From: Solirubrobacterales bacterium
Lineage (GTDB): Bacteria > Actinomycetota > Thermoleophilia > Solirubrobacterales > 70-9
Length of the DNA: 32,726 nt
Direction of reading: 5' to 3'
Assembly: GCA_049425265.1 (NCBI GenBank)
Contig: JBMSXD010000001.1
Location: 1-32,726, forward strand
The notes under the pieces are model-generated. The model did no database searches. It saw only the letters and a list, made by a program, of their open reading frames with translations, and was not told the DNA's origin. A program made the position numbers and the translations under genes. Below, in pieces: positions 1 through 8,588 of the stretch. The first letter of the stretch is position 1. Each line of letters opens with the position of its first letter.

Positions 1-1
1 C

Positions 2-1960
2 TTGATCACCGACCTCCTGCTCTCGCGATGGGTCAGCCACAACCTCAAACTCGGCTACTTCTGGCTGGCCAGGGCGAGGCGCCTCCTTCCGGCCCTCTTC
101 CTGATGTTGGTCGTCGTTCTGGCCTGGGTCTGGATCGCCGACCCCGAGCGACTGGATCAGCTGAGGGGCGAGGCAATCGCCTCATCGCTCTTCGTCAGCA
201 ACTGGTGGATGATCTTCCAGGACACCTCGTACTTCGAGCGGTTCGGGCCGGTCTCGCCGCTCAGCCACCTCTGGTCGCTTGCAGTCGAGGAGCAGTTCTA
301 CATCGTCTGGCCCTGGCTGCTCCTGGGGGGACTCTGGCTTTTCAAGGGCACCAGGAACGGCAAGCGACAGGACACCCAGCCTGCCCTCGCCCTGGCCACC
401 CTCGGCCTGGGACTCGTCTCGGTGGTCCTGATGCTGATCCTCTACAAGCCGGGCTTCGACACGACCCGGGTCTACGAGGGAACTGACACCCGCGCCTTCG
501 GACTCCTGTTCGGGGCAGCGCTGGCGATGGTCTGGCCTAGCCGGCTCCTGACCAAGACGATCTCCGAGAAGGCCCGGAACCTGCTCGATATTGCGGGGAT
601 CGGTGGACTTCTCGTAATCGCCCTCCTGATCTGGGCGACCGACGACTACTCCCCCTTCATATACCGAGGGGGACTGGTCATGCTGACCATCGCGACCGTG
701 GTCGTGGTCGCGGTCCTGGCCCACCCGGCCTCCCGGCTGGGGGTCGTGATGGGAATCCTGCCGCTTCGGTGGATCGGGGTGCGCTCCTACGGAATCTACC
801 TCTGGCAACTGCCGATCATCGGCTTGACCACGCCACCCGAGAGCCAGGGATTGGACCCCTTGAGGGCACTGATCCAGGTGGGGGCCGTCTTCGTCATCGC
901 GGCGCTCTCCTGGAAGTTCGTCGAAGACCCGATCCGGCACGGTGCCATGGGCCCCTGGTTGAGGAAGATCACCGGCGCGATCCGGGAAAAACGAATGCCG
1001 GACTGGTCCCTCAAGGGACGGATCGTCGCCGGGGTCTCGATCGTCGTAGGCCTGCTCGCCTTCCTGAGCCTGGCCGGGCTTACCCCGTCGGGGCCGGTCG
1101 CCCCGCTCGCCGTGACCGCCTCCGCCGAGGCCGAGAAGGCGAGGGAGCTCGAGCAGGCCGTCTCGACGACCCGCACCGGCTCGGGCGAACCGGTAGCCGA
1201 CGGGGACACGGCCTGTGCCGAGGTTGCCTACATCGGGGACTCGACCTCGGTCGGCCTGCTCTCCCCCGACTACCTGCCCCGTCCCGAGCAGAGGATCGAC
1301 GCCCTCCTGGCCGAGAAGGGGATCGAGACCCAGCAGATCGACATAGACGGGGCCCGCTCGATCGTCGAGAAAGTCGAGGGCCAGCTGAACGCCGAGGAGG
1401 CGGCCCAACTGATCCGGGACGACGGCTTCGACGGCTGCTGGATCCTCGCCCTCGGGACCAACGAGTCGGCCAACGTAGCGGTCGGCTCGACGATCAGCGA
1501 GAGGACCAGGATCAACACGATGATGGAGGTCGCCGACGGCGACCCGGTGCTCTGGGTGAACGTCAAGTCGATCGTCTCCGGCACCCCGTATGACGCCGCG
1601 AACATGGAGGGCTGGAACCGGGCGCTGCTCGATGCCTGCCCCTCCTGGCCAAACATGCGGATCTACGACTGGTACGACCAGGTGAGGGAGGACTGGTTCG
1701 TAACCGACGGGATCCACTTCACCTCGGAGGGCTACGCCAACCGGGCGAGGATGATCGCCGACGCGCTGGCCGAGGCCTTCCCGCCCGACTGGGAGCCCGA
1801 CGGCCCGGTGAAGGGCCGCGACTGCCTGGTCAAGGCGCCCAAGGCGCCCCCGATCGATGAGTCGGACGTACTGGCGCCGCTGCCTGGCGAACCGCTGGAG
1901 CCGACCCCGGAACAAATCTCGGATGCGGTCACCTGGCCCTGGCCGGCCGAGGACCGCTAG
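2..1960 (+). CDS. Membrane O-acyltransferase (acyltransferase family 3, OafA/YrhL-like) fused to a C-terminal SGNH/GDSL hydrolase domain; 5' end cut by the window edge
   Basis: The ORF is open to the window start. The multi-TM N-terminal part carries the family-3 block 'HLWSLAVEEQFYIVWP'. The soluble C-terminal part has the GDS block 'AYIGDSTSVG' and the 'DGIHFT' (DxxH) block typical of SGNH hydrolases. Confidence 0.85.
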   Translation: MITDLLLSRWVSHNLKLGYFWLARARRLLPALFLMLVVVLAWVWIADPERLDQLRGEAIASSLFVSNWWMIFQDTSYFERFGPVSPLSHLWSLAVEEQFYIVWPWLLLGGLWLFKGTRNGKRQDTQPALALATLGLGLVSVVLMLILYKPGFDTTRVYEGTDTRAFGLLFGAALAMVWPSRLLTKTISEKARNLLDIAGIGGLLVIALLIWATDDYSPFIYRGGLVMLTIATVVVVAVLAHPASRLGVVMGILPLRWIGVRSYGIYLWQLPIIGLTTPPESQGLDPLRALIQVGAVFVIAALSWKFVEDPIRHGAMGPWLRKITGAIREKRMPDWSLKGRIVAGVSIVVGLLAFLSLAGLTPSGPVAPLAVTASAEAEKARELEQAVSTTRTGSGEPVADGDTACAEVAYIGDSTSVGLLSPDYLPRPEQRIDALLAEKGIETQQIDIDGARSIVEKVEGQLNAEEAAQLIRDDGFDGCWILALGTNESANVAVGSTISERTRINTMMEVADGDPVLWVNVKSIVSGTPYDAANMEGWNRALLDACPSWPNMRIYDWYDQVREDWFVTDGIHFTSEGYANRARMIADALAEAFPPDWEPDGPVKGRDCLVKAPKAPPIDESDVLAPLPGEPLEPTPEQISDAVTWPWPAEDR

Positions 1961-1964
1961 GTAC

Positions 1965-2675
1965 TTACCTCGAGCTGCCGAAGACCCGCAGCAACAGCAG
2001 GAAGAGGTTGATGAAGTCGAGGTAGAGGGCCAGGGCGCCGACGATCGCCGCCCGGTCGGAAGCCTCCTCATCCATTTCCCCCGCACCGATCTCCTTCAAC
2101 TTCTGCATGTCGTAGGCGGTCAGCCCGCAGAAGATCAGGATCCCGATGCCGGTAAGGACCCAGTAGATCGTCTCGTTGAACCAGATCAGGTTGACGATCG
2201 ATCCGATGATGAATCCGATCAGTCCCATGAAGAGGATTGCGCCCAGCGAGGAGAGGTCCCTCTTGGTGACGAAGCCGTAGATCGCCATTGCCCCGAACAT
2301 CCCGGCAGTGATCGCGAAGGTCGAGGCGATCGACCCGGGGGTGTAAGCCGAGACGATCATCGAGAAGAGGAATCCGGTCAGGCCCGAGTAGAGGAGGAAC
2401 ATCGCCGTGGCGAGCGCCGGCGAAATCCGGTTGACCATCGCCACCAGGGCGATCACCAGGACGAGCTGGGCGATTACCGTGCCGATCAGGACGAAGGGGT
2501 TGTCGGCGACAAAGGTCGCCATGTCGACCGTCTGGCTGAACCAGGCCGCGATCCCGGCAGTCACCAGGAGGCCGAGGAACATCCATCCGAAGACCTTGGC
2601 GAGGAAGGCGCGCTGGGCGTCCTCCCTGACCCCGGGTACGGCCAGTCCCTGTTTCTCGACTCCCTCCTCCATCAA
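1965..2675 (-). CDS. Bax inhibitor-1 / YccA family membrane protein
   Basis: 236 aa with about 7 TM segments. The N-terminal 'AFLAKVFGWMFLGLLVTA' and the charged C-terminal tail are typical of the BI-1/YccA (UPF0005) family. It is convergent with the acyltransferase, with only 4 nt between the stop codons. Confidence 0.82.
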   Translation of the reverse strand: MMEEGVEKQGLAVPGVREDAQRAFLAKVFGWMFLGLLVTAGIAAWFSQTVDMATFVADNPFVLIGTVIAQLVLVIALVAMVNRISPALATAMFLLYSGLTGFLFSMIVSAYTPGSIASTFAITAGMFGAMAIYGFVTKRDLSSLGAILFMGLIGFIIGSIVNLIWFNETIYWVLTGIGILIFCGLTAYDMQKLKEIGAGEMDEEASDRAAIVGALALYLDFINLFLLLLRVFGSSR

Positions 2676-2712
2676 GCGGCGATCTTATGGATTCGGCTGG
2701 CGGGTCACCCGG

Positions 2713-3471
2713 TCAGCGAGCCGTATAGCCGCCGTCCACATAGAGCTCGGTACCGGTGACGAAGGAGGCATCGTCGCCGGCAAGGTAGGCGATCGCGGCG
2801 GCAACCTCCTCCGGCCTTCCGAGCCTGGCCATCGGCGTGGTCGAGACCAGTAACTCCTCGAAGGGCGTTCCCTTGGCCTGTTCGAGCAGGGGCGTGTCGA
2901 TGAATCCGGGGTGGATCGAGTTGACCCGAATCCCCTCGGCAGCCCAGTGGAGGGCGGCGTTCTTGGTCAAGGTGGTAACGGCACCCTTTGCCGCGTGGTA
3001 GGCGGGCGAGGCCCCGAACCCACCAGTCGTGCCGAAGATCGAACTGACGTTGATGATCGAGCCGTGACCCGAATCGATGAGCATCGGGGCGGCCAGCTTC
3101 ATCCCGAGGAAGACCCCGGTCTGGTCGACCGCGATCGTCCTCTCATACTCGTCGAGGTCGGTCTCCTCGATCGGCGCCGTGTCACCGATTCCGGCGTTGT
3201 TGACCAGGACGTCGAGCCGTCCGAATTCCTCTTTGGTGGCCTGAAGGGCCGCTTCCCAGCCGGCCTCCTCCGAGACGTCGTGGTGGACGAAGATCGCCCT
3301 GCCGCCGTCATCCCTTATTCCCGATGCGACTGCCTCGCCAGCCCCGTCCTGGAGGTCGGTAACGACGACCGCGGCGCCCTCGGAGGCGAGCCTTTGGGAG
3401 GTCGCCTTGCCTATGCCGCTGGCCGCCCCGGTCACCAGGGCGACTCGTCCATCGAGCCGTCCGGAATCCAT
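2713..3471 (-). CDS. Classical short-chain dehydrogenase/reductase (FabG / glucose-1-dehydrogenase-like)
   Basis: Motifs 'VALVTGAASGIGKA' (TGxxxGxG), 'NNAGIG' and S...'YHAAK' (YxxxK). I moved the start to ATG 3469-3471 ('MDSGRLDGR'), which is preceded by GGAGA. The longer ORF to 3750 would overlap the divergent MFS gene and has an implausible N-terminus. Confidence 0.9.
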   Translation of the reverse strand: MDSGRLDGRVALVTGAASGIGKATSQRLASEGAAVVVTDLQDGAGEAVASGIRDDGGRAIFVHHDVSEEAGWEAALQATKEEFGRLDVLVNNAGIGDTAPIEETDLDEYERTIAVDQTGVFLGMKLAAPMLIDSGHGSIINVSSIFGTTGGFGASPAYHAAKGAVTTLTKNAALHWAAEGIRVNSIHPGFIDTPLLEQAKGTPFEELLVSTTPMARLGRPEEVAAAIAYLAGDDASFVTGTELYVDGGYTAR

Positions 3472-3592
3472 TCCCGTCTCCTTTCCCCACGGACACTCCT
3501 CCGCGGACTCGCCACAACTCGCTTCCGACCGTAGCACCGGGGCGATCCCGGCCGGGTGATCCGCCCCTGGATCGGAGTATCCTGATCCGCCA

Positions 3593-5164
3593 GTGGGTGG
3601 AGGATCGGGAAGAGGGGGCGCATGGGTCCTGGCCGCGATGGTCTTCGCGGTCGGGATGACCTTCATCGACCAAACGATCGTCTCGATCGCGATCCCAGAC
3701 CTCGAGCAGAACCTGGACCTGAGCGAGACGGGCGTCCAGTGGGTGGTCAACGCCTACCTTCTGGCCCTCTCGGCCACTTTCGCACTCGGCGGCAGGCTGG
3801 CCGACACGATGGGTAGCCGACGGATGGTGACGATCGGGGTTGCAACCTTCGCAATCGCCTCGGCCCTCTGCGGCCTGACCCCGGTCACTTCCTACGCGGA
3901 GGCCTGGATCGTCGTCTTCCGGGCGATCCAGGGGGTCGGCGCGGCGATGATGATCCCGGCCGCCCTTGCGCTGGTGATCGGCTCCTTCGAGGTCCACAAG
4001 CGCGGCCAGGCCCTGGCGATCTTCTTCGGGATCACCGGGGCGCTCACCTCGATCGGACCGCTCGCCGGTGGCTACCTGACCACGATCGACTGGCGGGCGA
4101 TCTTCTGGGTCAACGTGCCGATCGCGTTGATCGCCCTGGTGCTGATCGCCTACTCGAAGCCGTCCGACACCCGAAAGCCCTCCCCGATCGACATCCCGGG
4201 TGCCTTGCTTGTGACCGGCGGGATGGCGCTCTCGGTCCTCGGACTCCAGCAGTCGAGCGTCTGGGGCTGGGGCTCCTGGATGACGATCGGCTCGATCGTC
4301 GTGGGAAGCCTGCTCCTGGTCGCTTTCGTACTGCGGGAGCTCAAGGTCGAGGATCCGCTCCTCCGAATAAGGATCTTCACCGACCGGGCCTTCTCGTCCC
4401 AGAACGTCGTCCTGTTCATCCTCTCCTTCGGCTTCATCCCGCTCTTCTTCTTCACCTCGACCTACGCCCAGCTCTCGCTCGGGGAGAGTCCTTCGAATGC
4501 CGGCCTCTACATCCTCACCTTCTTCATCGGATTCGCCGTAGCAGCCCAGGTCGGCGGTCGGATACTCGACAAGGTCGGGGCCAGACCTGCGGTGGTCGCC
4601 GGGGGTGCGATCGCGGCGGTCGGCTTCTACCTCTGGGGAAGCAGCCTGACCGACCTCTCCTGGTCGGCCCAGACCCCCTGGATCATCATGTCCGGGTTCG
4701 GGATGGGGATGGTGCTCGCCCCCTCGAACACCGACGCGATCAACCGGGCGCCGGCCACCAGCTACGGCGAGGCGACCGGGATCACCCAGACCGTCCGGAA
4801 CTACGGAGCGAGCCTCGGAATGGCCGTTCTCGGCACGATCCTGATCACCCAGAATCGGCTGAACCTGGAGGACAAGCTGGGCGATGTCGGGATCCCGAAG
4901 GCGGTCGCCGACCGGATCGCCTCACAGGTCGTAGGTGGCGGCGGCCCCGAGGGTGGACCGTCCGGGGCGAATGGGGAGAAGGTCCTCGAGGCGATCCAGA
5001 ACGCCTACGCCGCCTCGACCTCGACCGTCTTTTTCGTGATCGCCGGGGCGATGGCGGTGATGTTCCTCTTCTCCCTCGTCTTCGTCCCCAGGGGGCGCGC
5101 GCCTGAGAAGGTCGCCGACGACGCCTTCGAGTCCCCGGCCGAAGCAGACTCGGAAACGGCCTGA
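3593..5164 (+). CDS. MFS transporter, DHA2 (EmrB/QacA-like, 14-TMS) drug:H+ antiporter family
   Basis: N-terminal 'MTFIDQTIVSIAIPDLEQNLDLSETGVQWVVNAYLLALSATFALGGRLADTMGSRRM' is the typical DHA2 TM1-TM3 signature. Many TM segments follow over 523 aa. GTG start at 3593. Confidence 0.85.
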   Translation: MGGGSGRGGAWVLAAMVFAVGMTFIDQTIVSIAIPDLEQNLDLSETGVQWVVNAYLLALSATFALGGRLADTMGSRRMVTIGVATFAIASALCGLTPVTSYAEAWIVVFRAIQGVGAAMMIPAALALVIGSFEVHKRGQALAIFFGITGALTSIGPLAGGYLTTIDWRAIFWVNVPIALIALVLIAYSKPSDTRKPSPIDIPGALLVTGGMALSVLGLQQSSVWGWGSWMTIGSIVVGSLLLVAFVLRELKVEDPLLRIRIFTDRAFSSQNVVLFILSFGFIPLFFFTSTYAQLSLGESPSNAGLYILTFFIGFAVAAQVGGRILDKVGARPAVVAGGAIAAVGFYLWGSSLTDLSWSAQTPWIIMSGFGMGMVLAPSNTDAINRAPATSYGEATGITQTVRNYGASLGMAVLGTILITQNRLNLEDKLGDVGIPKAVADRIASQVVGGGGPEGGPSGANGEKVLEAIQNAYAASTSTVFFVIAGAMAVMFLFSLVFVPRGRAPEKVADDAFESPAEADSETA

Positions 5165-5176
5165 ACAGACCACGAA

Positions 5177-5250
5177 TCGGGGCGGCCGGATTTGAACCGG
5201 CGACCCCCTGCTCCCAAAGCAGGTGCGCTACCAGGCTGCGCCACGCCCCG
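5177..5250 (-). tRNA. tRNA-Pro (anticodon TGG), 74 nt, CCA not encoded
   Basis: The minus-strand sequence CGGGGCG-TG-GCGC-AGCCTGGTA-GCGC-A-CCTGC-TTTGGGA-GCAGG-GGGTC-GCCGG-TTCAAAT-CCGGC-CGCCCCG-A folds into a perfect cloverleaf: 7-bp acceptor, 4-bp D, 5-bp anticodon and 5-bp T stems, and a TTCAAAT T-loop. The anticodon loop is TT-TGG-GA. The 3' flank is TTC, not CCA. Confidence 0.93.
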
Positions 5251-5283
5251 TCCGACGGCTGAGTCTAGGGGCCGGGACGGGGC

Positions 5284-6249
5284 TCAGAGGCCCTGGGCCT
5301 CGCGCCAGGCCGTGAACGCCTCGAGGCTGGTCATCTTCGGGGTGTAGCCGAAGACTTCTTTGAGCCGGGTGTTGTCGAGCACCGGGCGGTAGCGGAGGAA
5401 ATCGACCTGGGCCGGCCCATGTGGCGTCCTGCCGAGCCGGTGACCGACCAGGAGGGCGGTCTTGATCAGCCAGGCCGGAAGCGCAATCGTCGGCTTCCCC
5501 AACTCCCCGGCGATCAGATCGAGGGGCACCGTGCCGTCGCCCGCGACGTTGTAGATCCCGGGCGGCCCCGAGCCGGCCGCCCGGGCGATGATCGCGGCGA
5601 CGTCTTCGTCCCAGATGAAGACGAATGGAGTTTCCGAGCCACGAACCTTGAGCAGGCGGTCCCGCCTGAACAGGGCCGTGATCTGGTTGTCGACCGTCTC
5701 CCCCAGGATCGTCCCGATCCGAAGTACGACCTGCTCGAGCTCGGGGTTGCTCTCGCGGTATCCGGCCAGCATCTCCTCGACCAGGCGCTTGTGGAAGGAG
5801 TATGGGAAGGCCCGGTTGCCCCTTATCGGGTCGGTCTCTACGAGTGGCACCGGACTGTCGGCGTGGTAGCCGTAGGCGGCCCCGCTCGAGGAGATGACAA
5901 TCCTTCTCACCCCGTGCTCGACCGAGGCTTCGAGCACGTTCCGGGAGCCCTCGACGTCGACCTCGTATTCACGCTCGGGAGTCGTGTCGCGCCCGGGGTT
6001 GACGATCGAAGCGAGGTGGACGACCGTCCCTACCCCGTGCTCCCCGATCAGGTCACCGATCGCGCCCCGGTCGGTCACGTCGGCAGTCGCGTAGACCACG
6101 CCCGGGACCCGTTGGTCCGGTTCAGGGATCCGGAGATCGGCACTCACCACCGGGCCTTCGGGCCCGTCGCCCTTCGCCAGTGCAGCGACCGCCGACCTGC
6201 CGAGGAAGCCGCTCCCGCCAGTGACCAGGACCCCATCCGCGACGTCCAC
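5284..6249 (-). CDS. NAD-dependent epimerase/dehydratase family protein (extended SDR)
   Basis: N-terminal Rossmann motif 'VLVTGGSGFLGRSAV' and catalytic 'YSFHK' (YxxxK). GTG start 3 nt after the stop of the upstream transporter gene. Confidence 0.8.
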   Translation of the reverse strand: MDVADGVLVTGGSGFLGRSAVAALAKGDGPEGPVVSADLRIPEPDQRVPGVVYATADVTDRGAIGDLIGEHGVGTVVHLASIVNPGRDTTPEREYEVDVEGSRNVLEASVEHGVRRIVISSSGAAYGYHADSPVPLVETDPIRGNRAFPYSFHKRLVEEMLAGYRESNPELEQVVLRIGTILGETVDNQITALFRRDRLLKVRGSETPFVFIWDEDVAAIIARAAGSGPPGIYNVAGDGTVPLDLIAGELGKPTIALPAWLIKTALLVGHRLGRTPHGPAQVDFLRYRPVLDNTRLKEVFGYTPKMTSLEAFTAWREAQGL

Positions 6250-6252
6250 GGT

Positions 6253-7203
6253 TCAGGCCTCCCGGGGCTCGGGTGCCTGGCCGGAGTCGGGGCTTCCCCC
6301 ACCCCTCCTTGCCCACCAGGAGGCAAGCCCGAGTCCGGCGATTATGTCCCAGATACCCCAGACCCCGGCAACCATCGCCATGCCCCCGAGACCGTCGAAG
6401 AAGGAGAAGATGATTCCCAGGCCGAGGCCGGCATTCCGGACTCCGACCTCGAAGGTGATCGGCCGTCGGTTGTATTCGCTCACCTTGAAGCCGGCCGCGA
6501 TCCCGTACCCGAGGCCAAGCGCCAGAGTGTCATGGATCACGACCGCGACCAGGACGACGAGGAAGTAGTCCTTGAAGTTCTCGAAGTTCCCGAACAGGGC
6601 GACGACGATGAAGGCGACCAGCGCCAGCAGGCTGATCCGCTTGACCGTCGGCTGAACCTTCGCCGCAAATGCGGGGAAGCGGTTCGCTATGGAAAGGCCC
6701 AGGGCGAATGGGATCGCGATCACGATCGCGATGTCGAGCAGCATCTCGATCGCGTCCAGCTCGATCGCGGTGAGGATCTGGGAGGCCTCGGGATGGATCC
6801 CGCCCCAAAAGGCGATGTTCAGCGGCATCAGAAAGATCGCGAGCAAGTTCGAGATCACGGTCATCGAGACCGAGAGGGCGACGTTCCCTCCGGATCGGTA
6901 GGTGAGGATGTTCGAGACGTTCCCGGGCGGACAGCAGGCGATCAGGATCATCCCGAGGGCGATCGAAGGGCCGACCCCCAGGACCAGGGTAAGGGTGAAG
7001 GTGATCGCGGGAAGGGCGATGAACTGGGCGAGGATGCCGACCGTCATCGCCTTCGGCTCCCTGGCGACGGCCCTGAAGTCGGCCGGTCGGGTGTCCAGCG
7101 CGATCCCGAACATGATGAAGGCGAGGACGAAGGCGAGGACGAGCAGTGATGACTCGTCGAAGTTCAGTCGAACGTCGTCTATGGAGGCGAAGATCGGGGT
7201 CAA
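6253..7203 (-). CDS. Bile acid:sodium symporter (BASS/SBF) family transporter
   Basis: 316 aa, polytopic. 'FIMFGIALDTRPADF...GILAQFIALPAITF...LIACCPPGNVSNILTYRSGGNVALSVSMT' matches the SBF-family core. Confidence 0.83.
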   Translation of the reverse strand: MTPIFASIDDVRLNFDESSLLVLAFVLAFIMFGIALDTRPADFRAVAREPKAMTVGILAQFIALPAITFTLTLVLGVGPSIALGMILIACCPPGNVSNILTYRSGGNVALSVSMTVISNLLAIFLMPLNIAFWGGIHPEASQILTAIELDAIEMLLDIAIVIAIPFALGLSIANRFPAFAAKVQPTVKRISLLALVAFIVVALFGNFENFKDYFLVVLVAVVIHDTLALGLGYGIAAGFKVSEYNRRPITFEVGVRNAGLGLGIIFSFFDGLGGMAMVAGVWGIWDIIAGLGLASWWARRGGGSPDSGQAPEPREA

Positions 7204-7218
7204 GCGGGCGCCAGTGGT

Positions 7219-8520
7219 TCAGCCATCCAGCGCCGCGAGGTGCCGGCGGATCTCCCGCCGGTAGGCGTCCTTGTTGACGTAGAAGGGAATCCTGTCGAGC
7301 TGGAGGTAGTCGTAGCCCCCGAACAGGTCGGGAGAAGGCCCGTTGATCCGGTCCCACATCCGGTCAGCCAGCCGTGGTGATTCGCGCCCGGCCCGGATGA
7401 ACTCGGCTACCAGCTCCGACTGGTCATACCGACCCTGCCAGCCGAGGCCGGTGGCCTCGATCATCCCGAGCACGAACAGGTTCCGGTGTCGGGGGGTGAA
7501 GATGTTCAGGTAGAGGTCGGGACCGGGGGTCCCGTTCCAACTCAGGTGCTCACGGTCGATGAACGGGTAGTCCAGCCGGTAGCCGGTTGCGAGCATCACC
7601 AGGTCGTATTCCGACCGGGAACCGTCGGCGAAGACGACCTCGCTGCCCTCGAACCGCCCGACATCGGGCCGGACCCGGATGTCCCCATGTCCCGCGTGGT
7701 AGAGGACGAGGGTGTTCATCACGGGATGGGTCTCGTAGATCTTTCCCTCCGGAACAGGGAAGCCGAGGCGAGCCGGGTCGCCCGTGATCAGACGGATTAC
7801 CCGCGAGTCGATTCGCTGCTTGACGGGGGGTGGCAGGGTCGGGCCCTCGTTCAGGGTGTCGGAGGGACGACCGAGGATGTACTTGGGGAAGAACCAGTAG
7901 CCACTCCTCAGGCTCATGTCGACCGAGCGGGCCTGGCCGACCGCGTCGACCGCGATGTCGCAGCCCGAGTTGCCGGCGCCGATCACCAGGACCTTCTTGC
8001 CGCGGAAGACTTCCGGCCTCCGGTACTCGCTGGTGTGCAGGAGTTCGCCGGTGAACTCGCCCTCGAACTCCGGAATGCTCGGGGTCGAGAACAGCCCGTT
8101 GGCGATGATCACTCCGGCGTGGCGTGTGGTTTCGGCCTTGCCGCCAGGCCCTTCGGCCGTGACCAGCCATTCGCCGTCGTCGGGCTCCACCCGGGTAACC
8201 GGGTTCGAAAAGCGGAAGTGACGCCTCAGGTCGAAGGTGTCGGCGTAGTCGCGGAAGTAATCGCGCATCTGCCAATGGCTCGGGTAGTCGGGCGTCCCCT
8301 CCCTCATCGGGAACTCGCCGTAGGCGGTCGTGGTCCGGGAGGAGATCAGGTGAGCCGTCTCGTACATCGTGCTTCGGGGCCCGTCGATGTCCCAGAGGCC
8401 ACCGACGTCGGAGTGCGCCTCGAAGCCGACGAACGGGATTCCCCGTCGGGCGAGGTTCCTGGCTGCGCCTAGCCCGCTCGGTCCTGCGCCGATCAGTGCC
8501 CAGGGAAGCTCCCCGCTCAT
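7219..8520 (-). CDS. Flavin-containing monooxygenase (class B FAD/NADPH-dependent, FMO-like)
   Basis: FAD motif 'LIGAGPSGLGAA', FMO motif 'FTGELLHTSEY' (FxGxxxHxxxY) and NADPH motif 'VLVIGAGNSGCDIAVD'. I chose the start at ATG 8518-8520 ('MSGELPWALIG') because GGAGGAG lies immediately upstream. The ORF remains open to 8595. Confidence 0.8.
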   Translation of the reverse strand: MSGELPWALIGAGPSGLGAARNLARRGIPFVGFEAHSDVGGLWDIDGPRSTMYETAHLISSRTTTAYGEFPMREGTPDYPSHWQMRDYFRDYADTFDLRRHFRFSNPVTRVEPDDGEWLVTAEGPGGKAETTRHAGVIIANGLFSTPSIPEFEGEFTGELLHTSEYRRPEVFRGKKVLVIGAGNSGCDIAVDAVGQARSVDMSLRSGYWFFPKYILGRPSDTLNEGPTLPPPVKQRIDSRVIRLITGDPARLGFPVPEGKIYETHPVMNTLVLYHAGHGDIRVRPDVGRFEGSEVVFADGSRSEYDLVMLATGYRLDYPFIDREHLSWNGTPGPDLYLNIFTPRHRNLFVLGMIEATGLGWQGRYDQSELVAEFIRAGRESPRLADRMWDRINGPSPDLFGGYDYLQLDRIPFYVNKDAYRREIRRHLAALDG

Positions 8521-8588
8521 CTCCTCCAAAGCGCTGTCGGCACCCCCGACCATCGGACCGGATCCTACCCCGGTGGGGGCCCTTCCCA

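Noticed and set aside
182-2086. 634-aa ORF on the minus strand, antisense to the acyltransferase gene.
   Set aside because: The composition is Arg/Gly/Pro/Asp-rich with no motifs, which is typical of an open antisense frame in high-GC DNA. The opposite strand carries clear acyltransferase_3 and SGNH motifs.
3472-3750. N-terminal extensions of three track ORFs: SDR to 3750, PAP2 to 14843, and the secreted protein to 28869.
   Set aside because: Each extension overlaps a neighbouring well-supported gene (MFS, subunit II-like, infA) and has implausible composition. In each case an internal ATG removes the overlap, and for the SDR and the secreted protein that ATG is also preceded by an RBS.
5005-5244. 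79-aa minus-strand ORF overlapping the tRNA-Pro gene and the MFS 3' end.
   Set aside because: Its 5' part is the tRNA itself. It has no RBS and overlaps a supported CDS on the other strand.
5177-5283. tRNA-Pro as a possible integration site or genomic-island boundary.
   Set aside because: I saw no integrase, no direct repeat of the tRNA 3' end, and no compositional break on either side.
5419-7149. 576-aa ORF on the plus strand spanning the epimerase and BASS genes.
   Set aside because: It is an antisense shadow ORF with low-complexity Arg/Asp/Pro/Gly composition. Both overlapped minus-strand genes have recognisable family signatures.
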